This document shows, piece after piece, positions 28,196-41,590 of a stretch of DNA of 64,000 nt. The translations under genes and the position numbers were made by a program. Positions within the stretch are counted from its first letter, which is position 1, and the number at the start of each line of letters is the position of its first letter. Source of the stretch: the human T2T-CHM13v2.0 reference genome, Homo sapiens. Location: the NCBI RefSeq assembly GCF_009914755.1, contig NC_060930.1; one strand, 5' to 3'. Under the pieces are notes generated by a model. It searched no databases. It was not told the DNA's origin and was given only the letters and a program-made list of their open reading frames with translations.

Positions 28196-29328
28196 AGTAA
28201 GAAAAAGTAAGGTAATCAGCTCTCAATAAAAAAGGCTATCATGTTGTTCAATAAATTCTCTATAAAAAACATTTCAAAGTAGATGTTTACAGTTCCAAGA
28301 CATTGCAAATTCTTAACAACTCTGTGGAATACATTGGTATTTTTAGCTAAAGAGAGAATATTTAGAGTGAAAAGGGAGTGAACTACTCCAGAATTGAGAG
28401 AAAAGTTTTCATGGAAATTCTAGATATTACAAAAAATAAACAACAACAACAAAAAAATTCAAGAGCATGTTGGTATAAACTAAAATAATGATTGTCATAG
28501 TAACATGATTCAAAGATAGGCAACTGTTTTATAGGTGAACTCTGATTATGTAAGCTGAGTTTCTACTGAGGTGCACATTATGAATTATGAAAAGTATTAC
28601 TTCATAGAAATTATCACCTTCAAAAAGAAAATGGTCAATCAAAATTTACTAACTCAATGCAAATAGGTGTTCTCACAACTAATTATTATTTAGATTTTGG
28701 TGATCTCCTCCAATCTTTTTATTTTAGCCCAAAAATAAAAGGTAATTTTTAGACCATTTCTTTCTTACTTAAATTAGTCAAGGTTTTGCATAAAGAGCTC
28801 AAGCTGCCTCCAAAATACTGCAATACTACTTCAGACTTTTTCAGTAATTAAATGTTTCACTGTATAAGCCATTCTCTAGATGCCATCCTCTACCTGTAAA
28901 ATTATAACTATTCCTAATTCTTGCTGAAAGTCCAGTTGGCACAGTAGAAGACAAATTTAGAGAGATTATTAGAAAGGTCTTTGGGAAGATTTGAATCTCA
29001 TACCCAATAATCTGGATTTTATCCTACAGGCAGGGCAACTCTTAATGAGTTTAAACAGAGCAATAGCATCAACTGTCAATACTTCAAGGCTAAAGGTTTA
29101 AAGAAAACCCAACAAAGCAAAATTAACTTATGAAAATTTTGGATACTAAGGAAGAGTTATAAAAACAATAAATTTTACATTGACCAGGATGTAGTTAAAT
29201 AGGTTACAGGGAAAAGAAAAGATGGAAAAAATATGTAGAAAGTGAGTTTCTTCTTTGATTTCTATTTGATTTCCCATGATGGCAAGAATTTTTTTGAAAT
29301 GCTTTTTTTTTTTTCCCCTAAAGAACAA

Positions 29329-29691
29329 TGTCGTAGTCAGCTCAGGCTGCCATAACAAAATATTATGAATTGGGAGTCTTAAATAACAGAATTTTTATTT
29401 TTCTCACAGTCCTGGAAATTGGGCATCTAAGATCAAGGTGCCAGCAAGATCAATATCTAGTGATAGCTCTCGCATTGGGTTGCACATGGGCATTCCTTGG
29501 TGCATGTGAGTGCAAAGAGAAAGAATCTCTTTCTCTGCTTACAAAGCCCCTAATCCTATGGGATGCAGACCCCACTCTTAGGACCTCATGTAACCTTAAT
29601 CCCCCTTCTAAAAGCTTCTCCTCCAAAGGCAATCACATTGGTGCTTGAATATACGAATTTTGGGTGGGATAATGCATTTCAATCCATAGCA
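29329..29691 (-). mobile_element. MLT1A/B solo LTR
   Basis: 'tgtcgtagtcagctcaggctgccataacaaaat' to 'ttcaatccatagca'; near-TSD AACAA/ACCAA. Confidence 0.85.
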
Positions 29692-30647
29692 ACCAAATAC
29701 TTTATTTTTGAAATGTGATTTGGGTTTACAAAAAATAATCTGCTTTAATATGCTGCAATTCTCAAAACACAAGAAGTCTAGTTTTAAATTGTGTGTAATT
29801 GCTAGTGTTTCTACCATTTAAAAATATATCACATTGCTCTTTTTCTCATATGGAAATAATTGGATCTGGTGAGTGTTTGAGAACATTCTATTATAACTGT
29901 GATATCAACTCAATACTATGTAGTCTCAGTTCAGCAAACTCACTACCTAAATTAGGATATCTTTAGATTGGTGGATAAACTACTGCAAATGTATAAACTT
30001 TTTTGTGTTAAACGTACTAAAAGTAAATTAAATATATAACTTTCTGAAAAATAGCAAAATCAAGCAAGCCTATTCTCTATGTTTTTTCTTTAGATATTGT
30101 GAAAAATTATTCAATAAATACGAAAAGTTCTAACTCATGTAACTATAATAAACATCATTGTTATTTGGCACTGCAACTGCTTCATAAGTTAGAGGTATTT
30201 AAACTAAGCTCAGTTGCGATGAGTATTCGAACTCTGCAGTGTTCTGGAAATTACTGTACTACATGGATAAAACAAATACAAACAAGCAAGCAAACAAACT
30301 ATGCCCCCCCAACCAACATTGCTTCGAAATGATAATATCATATCAGAAATTATTTATATGAATTTTTACCTTCTGGTAAACCAAATATAGAGAGATTCCT
30401 ATGTTTACGTATTATTCAATACTATTGCTTTTCCATCACCAAGTAAGTGTGACACAATCAACCTTCATATATCTGTAATCAGATATATCAGGAATATTGT
30501 CATTTTATGGGCTAAGCATCTTGTTTAGTTTTTTTACAATTTACATAGAGTAGTAATGCTTAAATTTGCAATCATCATCTGAAAAATGACAGTGTTGGGT
30601 GAGAGATACTTTTGTTCTATCCTAAAGCCAAGCATCCTTAGCTTTGT

Positions 30648-30672
30648 AAAAAAAAAAAAAAAAAAAAAAAAA
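30648..30672. repeat. Poly(A)25 tract
   Basis: Direct reading; no adjacent retroelement body recognised. Confidence 0.9.
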
Positions 30673-31578
30673 TCCAAGAAAAAGACACAAAATTACCATA
30701 AAAATAGATATACAATCGTGATAGAGCAAAACTTGTCATACTCTATCATGAGTTGAAAATGCATATATCTAAAGCCACATAGTCCTTTACAGCTGCGGTT
30801 TACTGCATGTGTTTTAGCGCACACACACACACACACTTTTCTTAGGGCTCCATCCACTTACACCCTGCAGCTCTGGTTTAGATTCCCTTATACGATTCTT
30901 TGACTTGAAATACATTATCCAAAAATCCTCTGTAAATCAACTGACTAGGATGAATATAATCAATTTGTTATGTGCTCTTTCTGTATTAATTCACCTCTAT
31001 TTCCATACTCCAGCATATATGTTTGTTCAGCAAGCCTTGGTTTTGTCTGATCATCAGTCCAATTATTTACACATCATTTAAATTTTAATAACTTAAATCA
31101 TAGGAATTTAAAGAATAATGGGGCTGAGTCGTGGTTAGTAAATATTCTCGTTAGAAATGTTCACACAAAATAATAAAGTTTAACTCTGTGGACAGAAGCT
31201 CTTGTGATTTTGGTGCACTTTGTAAAATTCTGGGGATGACTGCTTCCTGCCTGCAGCTGTCTGGCCTCAGGAATGTTAAGTGTAGCAAAATAGAGATAAG
31301 TTCTTAGGAAGAAACCCTTTTAGCAAAAAGGGACTCAACTCTGTAACAATCAAGAGAAATAGATCAAAAGTAACCCCTCAAATTCAAGTTACTATTACTG
31401 TCTCCCCATACTTTACCTCCAACCAAATCCATGCAACGTTTATAACATATATTAAAATCCCAACACATTGGCTAGATCATAGTTTCTTCCTTAGTGCTTT
31501 ACTGTGTTTATAGGTTTCACTTTCAAAATTTCAGTTTCAGGAATAGCCTTGGGATTTCTTCAAACAAGTGAAAGGGTC

Positions 31579-32339
31579 TGATATAGTTTGGATATTTGTC
31601 CTCTCCAAATCTTACGTTGAAATGTGGTCTACAATGTTGGAGGTGGGGACTCGTGGGACGTGTTCCTGTCATGTCATGGAGGCAGATCTCTCATTAATGG
31701 TTTGGTGCCATCCCTGTGGTAATGAAGGAGTTCTTGCTCTCTTAGTTCACAGGAGAGCCAGTTATTTAAAAAAGCACAGGACCTCCCCACAATCTCTTTC
31801 TCCCTCTCTTGCCATGTTATGTGTTTACTTCCCTCCACCTTAGGCTATGATTGAAAACTTCCTAAAGCCCCACCCAAAGCAGATGCTGGCGCCATGCCAC
31901 TTTTACAACCTGCAGAACTGTGAATCAAATAAACTTACTCTTTTCTTCTATTTTTCTTTTCTCTTCTCTCTCTTTTTTTTTTCTTTTTTGACACAGTCTC
32001 ACTTTGTCTTCCACGCTGGAGTACAGTGACGTGATCTCAGCTCACTGCAAAATCGGCCTCCCAGGTTCAAGCAATTATCGTGCCTCAGTCTCCCAAGTAG
32101 CTGGGATTACAGGCACGCACAACCACACCCAGATAATTTTTTGTATTTTTAGTAGAGGCAGGGTTTCACCATGTTGGCCAGGCTGGTCTCGAACTCCTGA
32201 CCTCAAGTGATCCACCGGCCTCAGCTTCCCAGTGTTGGGATTTCAGGCATTAGTCACCAAGCCTGGTCTAAACCTCTTTTATTTATAAATTCCCCAGCCT
32301 CAGGTCTTCTTTTATAGCAACACAAAATGGACTAATACA
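31579..32339 (+). mobile_element. MSTB-family solo LTR interrupted by an Alu
   Basis: 'tgatatagtttggatatttgtcctctccaaatc' to 'ttatagcaacacaaaatggactaataca'; TSD GGGTC (31574-31578) / GGGAC (32340-32344). Confidence 0.9.
31946..32268 (-). mobile_element. AluS (Sz/Sx-like) inserted at the AATAAA region of MSTB
   Basis: Antisense Alu dimer; flanks 'taaacttactctttt' / 'taaacctctttt' form a degenerate TSD. Confidence 0.93.
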
Positions 32340-32878
32340 GGGACTTCATGACTCACTACTGAGATTTCCTTTACTACTATGGATTAACTGCCACCATTCT
32401 CACTGTAAATCATTTTGCAGAGTGATAAGGGTCTGGGAAAAGTAGGTGGGTGTAGGATTTAGGAGTGGATTTTAGAAAAAATAGCAATATTAGTTTTGTG
32501 TGCCCTTTTAATAACCTGTAAGAGGAGAGAGGCCATTTGAATATGTGTTATTATTAATTGTGTTGGGTCTCATAACCATATGTGGTGGTTGTTTTAAAAA
32601 GGAAGACAAATACAGCACATTCCAGGCACACTAAGCTGGCAAAGTAAGTGGGTATTCAACACACAGCTCTATAATAATAAAAATCTCACATATTATAAAA
32701 ATAAGGAAACTTAGCTGATTATTTTATTTTAGATTACATGGAAATTTTTTACTAAAATAAAATTTTAAAACATCTCAAATAATTATAGAAATACAGGAAG
32801 TATTTATTTGAAATGTATAAAAAGCTCTAAATGAGTATTGAAATGCCATAGGAAACACACAAAAGGATCTGAGGGGGG

Positions 32879-32901
32879 TGTGTGTGTGTGTGTGTGTGTG
32901 T
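32879..32901. repeat. (TG)n microsatellite
   Basis: Direct reading. Confidence 0.9.
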
Positions 32902-33727
32902 ATTTGTGTGTGCAAGTGCACATGTGTGTAGAGGGCAATGAACTATAAAGGTAGAAGGATAAAGATGACAATGGTAAAGTATCAGACAGAAAAAAATACA
33001 TGTAGTGATAAGTGATAGAAAAATCAAACAGCTATTCAGAAAAATAGTCAAGGCGCAGTATGATTCTAAAAAATACTGTCGAGGGTATTTGATGTCCCAT
33101 GTTTTTATATATCCACTATCTCCTTCTTTAGTGAACATTTAACAATTATGCTGAAAATTATTCCAGCATGAAAAATATAAACTCACATGTGCATAAATAA
33201 ATGGACAATAAATGGTCTTCTACACATAAATACCCTTAGGTGGTTTTATTCTCTGGGGACCTTTTTTCCTCCCTGAACATTACTACCGTAAAAGCTCATT
33301 AATTTGAAAAATGGAATATTCTGAAGAAATCATTTGATTAATTTATCGTAATCTAAAGTCCACATTTTGTGTCAACTAAGAAGGCAGGTTTTTCATAAAT
33401 GAAAATCATACTGTGAGTTGCAGTTTACAGTTTGAATAGATCCAAGTGTAAATGGAGTACTGTCATTTTTAATGTTATTTAACTATAATTGTTGCTAATA
33501 TCTTCAATTTCAGATATTTCAGTAAGGAGGTGATAGACTTCAAAATTATGAAAAGATAATTCTAGTGAAGCCTAGTTATTTCTTTTTTATATTATCTTTA
33601 ATGACATAATGTATTCTTCTGGATATCAATTATAAATTCTGTAAATAAATTCGATATTTACAGAGGAGTAGTTGGTCACTTATTAGGATCAAGAGAAATC
33701 TTTTTCCAATATTCATATATCTGGATT

Positions 33728-33765
33728 CACACACACATATCTTCACACACACACACACACACACA
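33728..33765. repeat. Interrupted (CA)n microsatellite
   Basis: Direct reading. Confidence 0.9.
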
Positions 33766-35033
33766 TTCTTATATTTATACTTTGTAGAGCATTTTAACCT
33801 AGGTCATAGATTATAAAACTTACTACTTACTACAGAAGAGTAACCTAATCTTCTTATGCTTTACTCTTTAATCCAGAAGACAGACAGATGGTTCTAAAAT
33901 ACGTAGGAGAGGACATTACTATCCCTCATCACAGGAATTCAAAATATCAATTTGTTAAGTACGACTAAGTGAACAGAAAGCACGGTAATATATTATTGGC
34001 TGTGAAATACGACCTTGGTTTTTAGTTATAACCTATATAGGCTAAGAAGATTTTGACAGTTTACTGTGTGTATCAGCCATTGAAACTCTTTTATATCTTT
34101 CCTCAATTGTCTGTGCTGTAGTAACAGACCTTAATAAGGATGTTGATAAGGCAGGTTATTATTTCACTAAGTGTGTTCTGCATAATACTGGTCCTCAAAA
34201 TATTCTATAAGAAAAGAAGTTTGTATTAAATTTAGTTTATGAAGTTCTGCACATTATATCGAATTCCCGGAGATTCCTAATGCACATTTTCATTTGATAT
34301 TGCATCATAAGCATGTTTCTATTACATGCACTAACTTTTGTAAACATCTTGTAAATAGAATCAACCAATATACAGAGTTCTATAATTTGTCAATTTCTCT
34401 ACTGTTAACAAAAGGGTTTTCACTAGGTTCATTTTATTACCAATACTGCACATAAAGTTTCATTCACACTCTGATGTATTTTATGGAATAAATCACTAGA
34501 ATTGGAAATAATAATATATCATATCTATGACTATTCTACTGTTCTTGATAAATATTGCCAAGTTGACTTCTTTAACATTATGCCAGTGTATAAGCATATG
34601 ATTTATATATTTCTCAAGTTATATACATAAGAACTTTTACAAATCAACATAAAAATTCTAAAAGAAAAAAATGAGCAAAACATAAAAATATGAAAATCAA
34701 ATGGTTAAAAATTAAAAAATATGCAAATGTTTGAATTATTAAAATCATGCAAAATAAGTTGATAATTATATACAGGTACTTTGCTAGACTCACCAAAGTA
34801 ATTAGAGAATTAAAATAATGTTGATGGATTTACAGTACTAACAAGATGTCATCTTGGCCCAAAATTTCTAAAAAGCAATGTTGAAATATTTATCAAGGTC
34901 TCTAATATAATCATAGCTTTAATAATTTTCAGAAAATTAGGAATGTAGACAGAATATCTTGTTTAAAAGTGTTTAACATAGCATCATTAATTAAGTAGCT
35001 ATTTTTTAAATCTCAAGAGTAAAAGAAATATCT

Positions 35034-35511
35034 ATGTTGATATTGTTGATATTGCCTAATGATCTATTCTCTCTTATTTCCTTTATCACAGCAACCCCCA
35101 GATATTGACTAGATATGTGTCCACCTAAAGACTATAACTTTGATGAGCCTTTCTTTCAGCTAAAGTAGTTATGACTTAGATCAAGCTAATTAAGTATAAC
35201 AATAAAATATATATGCAATATCTGAGGGCTTAAAGATGAAGCGTAGCTCTCTACTACCCCTCTGTTCTTACTGTGACATGGGCTTGGTAGCAGGAGCTGG
35301 AACAACCATCCTGATCCATAAGATAGAAAACTACATGACAGAGGGACACATTAAATGGATTTTGGGTCCCTGATAGTTTTGGTGCTGCAGAAAAGTCATG
35401 GGCTACCTACTAAGACTTTTATATGAGAGATAAATAAAAGTCTATCTTATTTAAGTCACTGTTAACTTTGGCTTCTTTTGCTATAGCAGCTAAAACTACT
35501 TTGTAAATACA
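35034..35511 (+). mobile_element. MLT1J-like LTR
   Basis: 'ggagctggaacaaccatcctgatcc', 'gacttttatatgagagataaataaaagtctatcttatttaagtcactg', ends 'aaataca'. Confidence 0.65.
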
Positions 35512-35714
35512 TGCTATTTGTATATAGGGATATTATGCAGCAACCAAAACCCTCCTAACAGCACGGAAGGAACTAAAATATAATGTCATAGAAAGAATGC
35601 AAAACACATTATGCCGGTTTTCCAAATTTTGGGTATTAAAGGAAGGAAATCTGCAAAATGCTAATGGGAGCAAAGTTGCAGTGGTGAGATTAGGGTGATT
35701 TCTAAGATGTGATT

Positions 35715-36048
35715 CTTACTCCAGTCTAATTATGACAAAAACATCAAACAAATACCAGTGAAGGGACATTCTGCAAAAGGCCTGACCAATACTTTCTGAT
35801 ATTGTCAAGGTCGTTAAAAACAAGGGAAGTCTGATTAACTGTTGTGCCACAAACAGCCTAAGGAGACATGATGAGTAAATGCAATATAGTGTCCTGGATA
35901 ATGTCTTGAAAAAAATACATTAGGTAAAAATCAAGGACATTTGAAATATGGACTTTAATAATAATATATTAATATTGGTTCGTTAATTGTGACAAATTTA
36001 CTATAGTAATGTCAGATGTCAACAATATGGGAATTTGGGTGCAGAGCA
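35715..36048 (+). mobile_element. L1MC/MD 3'UTR relic
   Basis: 'gaagggacattctgcaaaa...gtcaaggtcgttaaaaacaagggaagtctga...aggagacatgatgagtaaatgcaa'. Confidence 0.7.
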
Positions 36049-36049
36049 C

Positions 36050-36524
36050 CAGGCACTATTGCAGGCAACAGATTTTGGTACTAATCTTATTAGCTCACCT
36101 TCTTTGTATGGCCACAAGCATGCCCTGCAACATCTCTAGATTCTTCCAAATTTCCTCCTCCAGCTTCTCTAACTCCTGATCCGTGTGTGTGTTTAGCTCC
36201 ATGATGATGTGCATCAGCCTTCCCTGCAAGTCAATGGCATCATTGAAACTGGAGGCTTGGAGGCAGTGACCAATCAGTCCAGGTCCCAGCTTCTTTTCAT
36301 GGATTCCAGTATGACCTTGCTCTCCCTGGCTTCATGTTCTTCTTTCCTTCCCAACTGCCTGCTCTGCTAACCTCAGGTTAACCACCAGGTGCTGAAGCAA
36401 CAGACTAACATAAAATGTTTAACCAGTTCCCAAAAGTCATAAGGTAAAATTTATATTACAAGTTCCATATATTTATATCTTCCCTAATGGTTGTGCTTTT
36501 CTGATAAAAGTCTTGCCTGATACA
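36050..36524 (+). mobile_element. ERVL LTR (LTR41/LTR52-like)
   Basis: 3' end 'tggttgtgcttttctgataaaagtcttgcctgataca'. Confidence 0.5.
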
Positions 36525-37734
36525 ACTACGTACTCTATCAGGACCATTACTTAAAATATTTATTGAGCACTAACTGCCTTATTTCCAGAGCTAGGGGTCA
36601 CAGAACCAATCAAAAGGGGCCTGAGTATTAGAAGGAAACTTGTCCTTGAATTCTGATACAGCATCTTTAAACCTCCTTAAAAGCTGCCATTTTCAAAAAT
36701 GAATCAAGATAAACAACCATTTTGTTGAGCTCTCCACTGAAGAATTAATAATATTAATGAAATCTACGGTCTAATCACTGTATATTCTAACTTTTTTCTA
36801 CTTTCAAATTCTTTACGTCTATAATGAAAATAAAAGATATTTTTAGTGGTCAAAAGACACAAAGTGATTAATCACATATCTACTAATGACATTTTTAAAG
36901 TACCTCAGCCCAGAAATATGACACTACAATCATTAAAAATCATATTCAATTTTCAAAGATACTAATCTTAAACTATATTCTGCTGGCAGAAACATAAAAT
37001 TATATCCAGTAAGCTCAGATGCTTTGGATAATGGAAAAACTCAGTTCTATGGTGCTGCCAGAAAATAATATGCTCTTAGAAATTCTGCAAGTTGAGTAGA
37101 GAGATCAGAATCTGACAAAGTGATGTTACAGATTGTTCAGAACAGAAAAATTCCAGATCCAAAGAATTTTTTTTTTCTTTGAGACATGGATTGAGGTCCA
37201 AGAGCAGCATAATGGTACCAAATGGATAAAAACAACAATAAAGTCATTTCTCATGCATAATGCACAGGCATTCTCTATTGGAGTTGATATCACCATCTGG
37301 TGTCTAATTATTCCCACCTCACACCACACGGTTGTATGCATTTAACGGAATGACTGTACATTATGATAACTCAGTACACAGGCTCTTTGCTGTTAATTAT
37401 AAGGTGCTAGTTGTTGTTGTTTTAAAGATCATGGAAATCCCCCAAAATTTGATATTCGTTGCTTAAAATGAATATTTTGTAAGATGACACTAGGAAAAGA
37501 GAACTATAGTTAGCTTTATTTTTCTAAAAGATCTATGTTCCTTTAAGTTTAGTTTCTTCTAATACCTGTATTATAAATTAAGATCTTGCTTCCATAAGGA
37601 TACATGGTCAGTATCCTTTTCTCTAACTGAATGCTTTTATTCTGATTTATCAATATATGCTTTCCAGGTGTAACAATCAGTGTTAACAGTTTTTATTCCT
37701 AAAATAATAAAGAAGGCTATAATTCTTATGAAAC

Positions 37735-37948
37735 CATTCACTCATTTATTCTTTTTTTTTTTTCAATAAGCATTCATTACATATTTGCCAGGCACCAGAC
37801 ACTATTTAAGTTATAAGGGAACAAAACTAATGTCTTTAGAAGGACTCAGGTTAATTAGTGAAAATGTAGTTATAGGTAAGTGATTATGATAAAACTTGGT
37901 AAATGCTTTATTAGCAGTATTCACAGATTCTTAATGGAGTAGGGAGAA
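37735..37948 (-). mobile_element. L2 3' end
   Basis: 'cattcactcatttatt...gccaggcacc'. Confidence 0.55.
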
Positions 37949-38004
37949 AAAATTTTCCATCATATATTTTAAACTCTGAAGATACCGATTATTTTCTTGT
38001 TGGA

Positions 38005-38500
38005 GTTTTGGCTATCTATGGTTGCGTGATCAAGCACCTCAAAATACAGTGGCTTAAAACAACAATAATAATTTATTTGCTCATGATTTTGCATTTTAGT
38101 CAAGGCTTGGAGGTAATAAGTCATGCTTGTTCCACATGCATCTTTTGGGAAGGCTCAACAGGACCTGGAGGGACAATTTGAAGATGGCTCACTCACATGG
38201 ATGAAAAGTTGGTTCTCTCTTCAGCTGGCAGTTTAAATGGAACGGTCAGTTGGAAACATGACTTATCTATCCCAGAGGACTCTCTATGTGGTTGTTTGGG
38301 GTTCTTCACAGAATAGCACCCAAGGTGCAAAAGAGGGAAGTGGAAGCTGACGATCTTCTTAGCATATGGGCTCAGAACTGGCACAGTATAACTTCTGTCA
38401 TATTTTGCTGCGGAAGATACAGGTCCAGTTCAGATTCAATGGGAAAAATAATTAGACTGCACTTCTCGGAGGTCCATTTTTGGCATTGTTAATCCACTAG
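38005..38500 (-). mobile_element. MLT1H/I-like LTR
   Basis: 'aaaatacagtggcttaaaacaacaataataatttatttgctcatgattttgca...aagatggctcactcacatgg'. Confidence 0.75.
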
Positions 38501-38769
38501 GTATAAAATTTATCAAGCAAACATAATTCTTTAAGTAATATAAATACTTTGGGGAATAATGCAAATGCTTACTTAAAATTCAGTGTATTGTATGTAAGAC
38601 TCCATTTTAATGCTATAATTCTGAGAGGGAAACTATATTTCATTGAATATCTAAAAGACAGGATTTAATTCTAAATTTCTTGGAACAGTTTGTGCTAATC
38701 GATAGAAATTTTTGTCCACACCACTAATATATTTTAGATAAATTTAAATTTCAAATCAGCTTCTATAAG

Positions 38770-38990
38770 TAAACATTTAGAAAATATTATGCATAATAAT
38801 ATGATGAAAATATTTTATAGAATATTTAATCTAATCATCACAACACAACTTTCAGGAAAAATCATTATTCCCACTTTACATATAAGGAAACTGAGGCTAA
38901 GGGGAATTAAGCAGTTTATTTGAGGTTATGTAGCTAACATGAGAAAGAACTTGGATTCAAGCCCAGGCTATTTTTCTTCAAAGTCTAAGT
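38770..38990 (-). mobile_element. MIR SINE
   Basis: 'attattcccactttacatataaggaaactgaggct...ggattcaagcccaggc'. Confidence 0.75.
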
Positions 38991-39930
38991 ATTGTTCAAT
39001 AATACCTAAGCACAGACAAATTCAATACTAACTTTCAGAAATTTATTTTTATCTATTTTTCTATCTGATATATTATGTGCCCACTTGCAAATCAAACCAA
39101 TTTTTATTTATTAAAGGGGTCTGAGGGTCTGGTAACATAGTTTTTACATATCCCAACCTGATTAATTAATTATCAAGTTTTACTCTATACAAGGATTTGA
39201 ACTTATAAAACAGTTTGCAATGAAAATACGTATTACCAGTTGTATGTGTGTGTTTCTACATACATATATGTGTGTGTACCAAAAATTCATATTTAAAATC
39301 AATAGGTGAAACTGGGAGATAAAATTATATATGTTTAAAGACTATAGTTAGATAACAAATGCTATATTGAATCATTTAATTACTCAAATATTTACCTTTT
39401 TTAAACCTTTTTCTATTTCATAAACACCATGATGGAAGAGAATAGGTTTCTTACTTTATATACAAGACTGCCAGTCTAATATATATTGAATGAGGAGAAA
39501 TATTTTAAAACTTCTTTATGAAACATTTATGAAAACAATTAATTGAGGTGAAAAGTCAATCAGAAAATCCAAATCCATAATATTAGGTTAACTGTAATCA
39601 TATTGGAAAATTTCCCTGTAAGTCCTTTACTTTTCATTTTTATGTTATGCTAAGAGAAAATTACATGAAAGTAGATTATAGTTATATTTTGAGACAATTA
39701 TTTCAAGACCAGTTGATAGCAGAGAAGAAACACTAAAGAGCTTTTTGAGAAATGAGAGCTGTATTTTCTAGGAGGTTTCTCCATTAACATTAATTATGTT
39801 CTCCCTGGAGTCATGAGCTTAGGCAGCTTTTAAAAAAGCAAATTCACTCACCAACAAGTGAATGTTTTGAGTTTTCAATTCATTACCATTTGACCTGAAA
39901 CATTTAGAGTTGCTTCTTTTTCTTTTCTTA

Positions 39931-40141
39931 TTTTTACAGCTTTATTGAGATATAATTTGCATACTATAAAATTTACTCAAAGTTTATAATTCAATGGTTT
40001 TTAGTTTATCTATCAAGTTGTGTGATCATCACCATAGTCTTAGATTTTCATCACCCCAAACAGAAACATTTTACCAAATAGGAATCATTCCCCAACTTCC
40101 CATCTTTCTACTCCCAGCCCTAGGCAACCTTAAGCTATTTT
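39931..40141 (-). mobile_element. L1MB 3' end
   Basis: 'cagctttattgagatataatt...catcaccccaaacagaaac...cccagccctaggcaacc'. Confidence 0.8.
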
Positions 40142-40833
40142 GATTTTTTTTCCCTTCAGATAGAGAAGCAAAGCAAAGAAAAATCTTCTCAGATTATGGA
40201 TAATGCAGTGTATAACTCCCAGGTCTAGAGGGTCAAGTTTCTGTCTCATGTTTGTAATCTATTAAAGATCAGGCAATATACCTTCAAGTACATCGTATTA
40301 AATAACCAAAGTACTTTTAATGAAATGCAACAGTATACAAATGGAAGCTGGCTCAACTTCCAGCCCAAGAAACGTGAATTATAGTCACTTTCTGAAGTAC
40401 TTGTGGGGACAACTGGAGAGCACACACTACTGCAAAATGAAGGGCGTTTTGCTAGCTTGTTTTGTGCCCTATTCTTTTCTTCATGTTCCTATTTCTAAAA
40501 TACGTTTACGTATCTACACTCATTCCTGGAAGCTTTTGTTTGTTTGTTTAATTTTCCCACATTGTTCCTGAGATTCACCATTCTAATTTCATTCACTCAA
40601 CATTTCTGTAAGTCTCCTTTTTCAAACCCTGACTACCAAAAACACACTTCATATATATATTTTTTAAATCTACTTTTCCCCACAAGTAATCTCTCTTGGT
40701 ACCTCTGATCTACTTATTGAGATTTTTTTTTTTTTACTTTAAACCTTGAAAATTAATTTTTCTTTAAAACATTTTTCTCACTGTTTCTATTAGTAGCATC
40801 TCATTCTCATTCCCTCAATTTAACCCCCAATGT

Positions 40834-41206
<373 letters not shown>

Positions 41207-41339
41207 TCATGTGATATAAATAATGTCTCTAGTAATTTACCAGTAGCACATCTGTGCCTTAATTAGTAGCTTTCCTATTATTGAAATAAAATATGTATAT
41301 GTACATATACATTTCTCCAATGTTTTAAAATATAACTGT

Positions 41340-41590
41340 GTAGCATAACATAATAAAATGTTAAAAGATGTGGATTTTAGGTCATATCCCGATTCTGATT
41401 TCTATGACCTGCACGGCTTAGTCAACTCATTCGGATGATCTGAAGTACAATTTCGTTATCACCAAAATAGTAAAAATAAAGGTATGGCTGTAACAGGATA
41501 GCAAAGGGAAAACAATTATGTACACAAATGCTTAGCACGATGACAAAAAAAATCAATGATATTACCACTCACATTTTTAAATTATTATTC
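41340..41590 (+). mobile_element. MIR SINE, degenerate
   Basis: 'gtgtagcataa...ttaaaagatgtggattttaggtca...aaatgcttagcacg'. Confidence 0.45.

Noticed and set aside
30716-30751. 11-bp inverted repeat resembling tetO half-sites
   Set aside because: Arrangement is not an operator, there is no vector context, and one such stem is expected by chance in 64 kb
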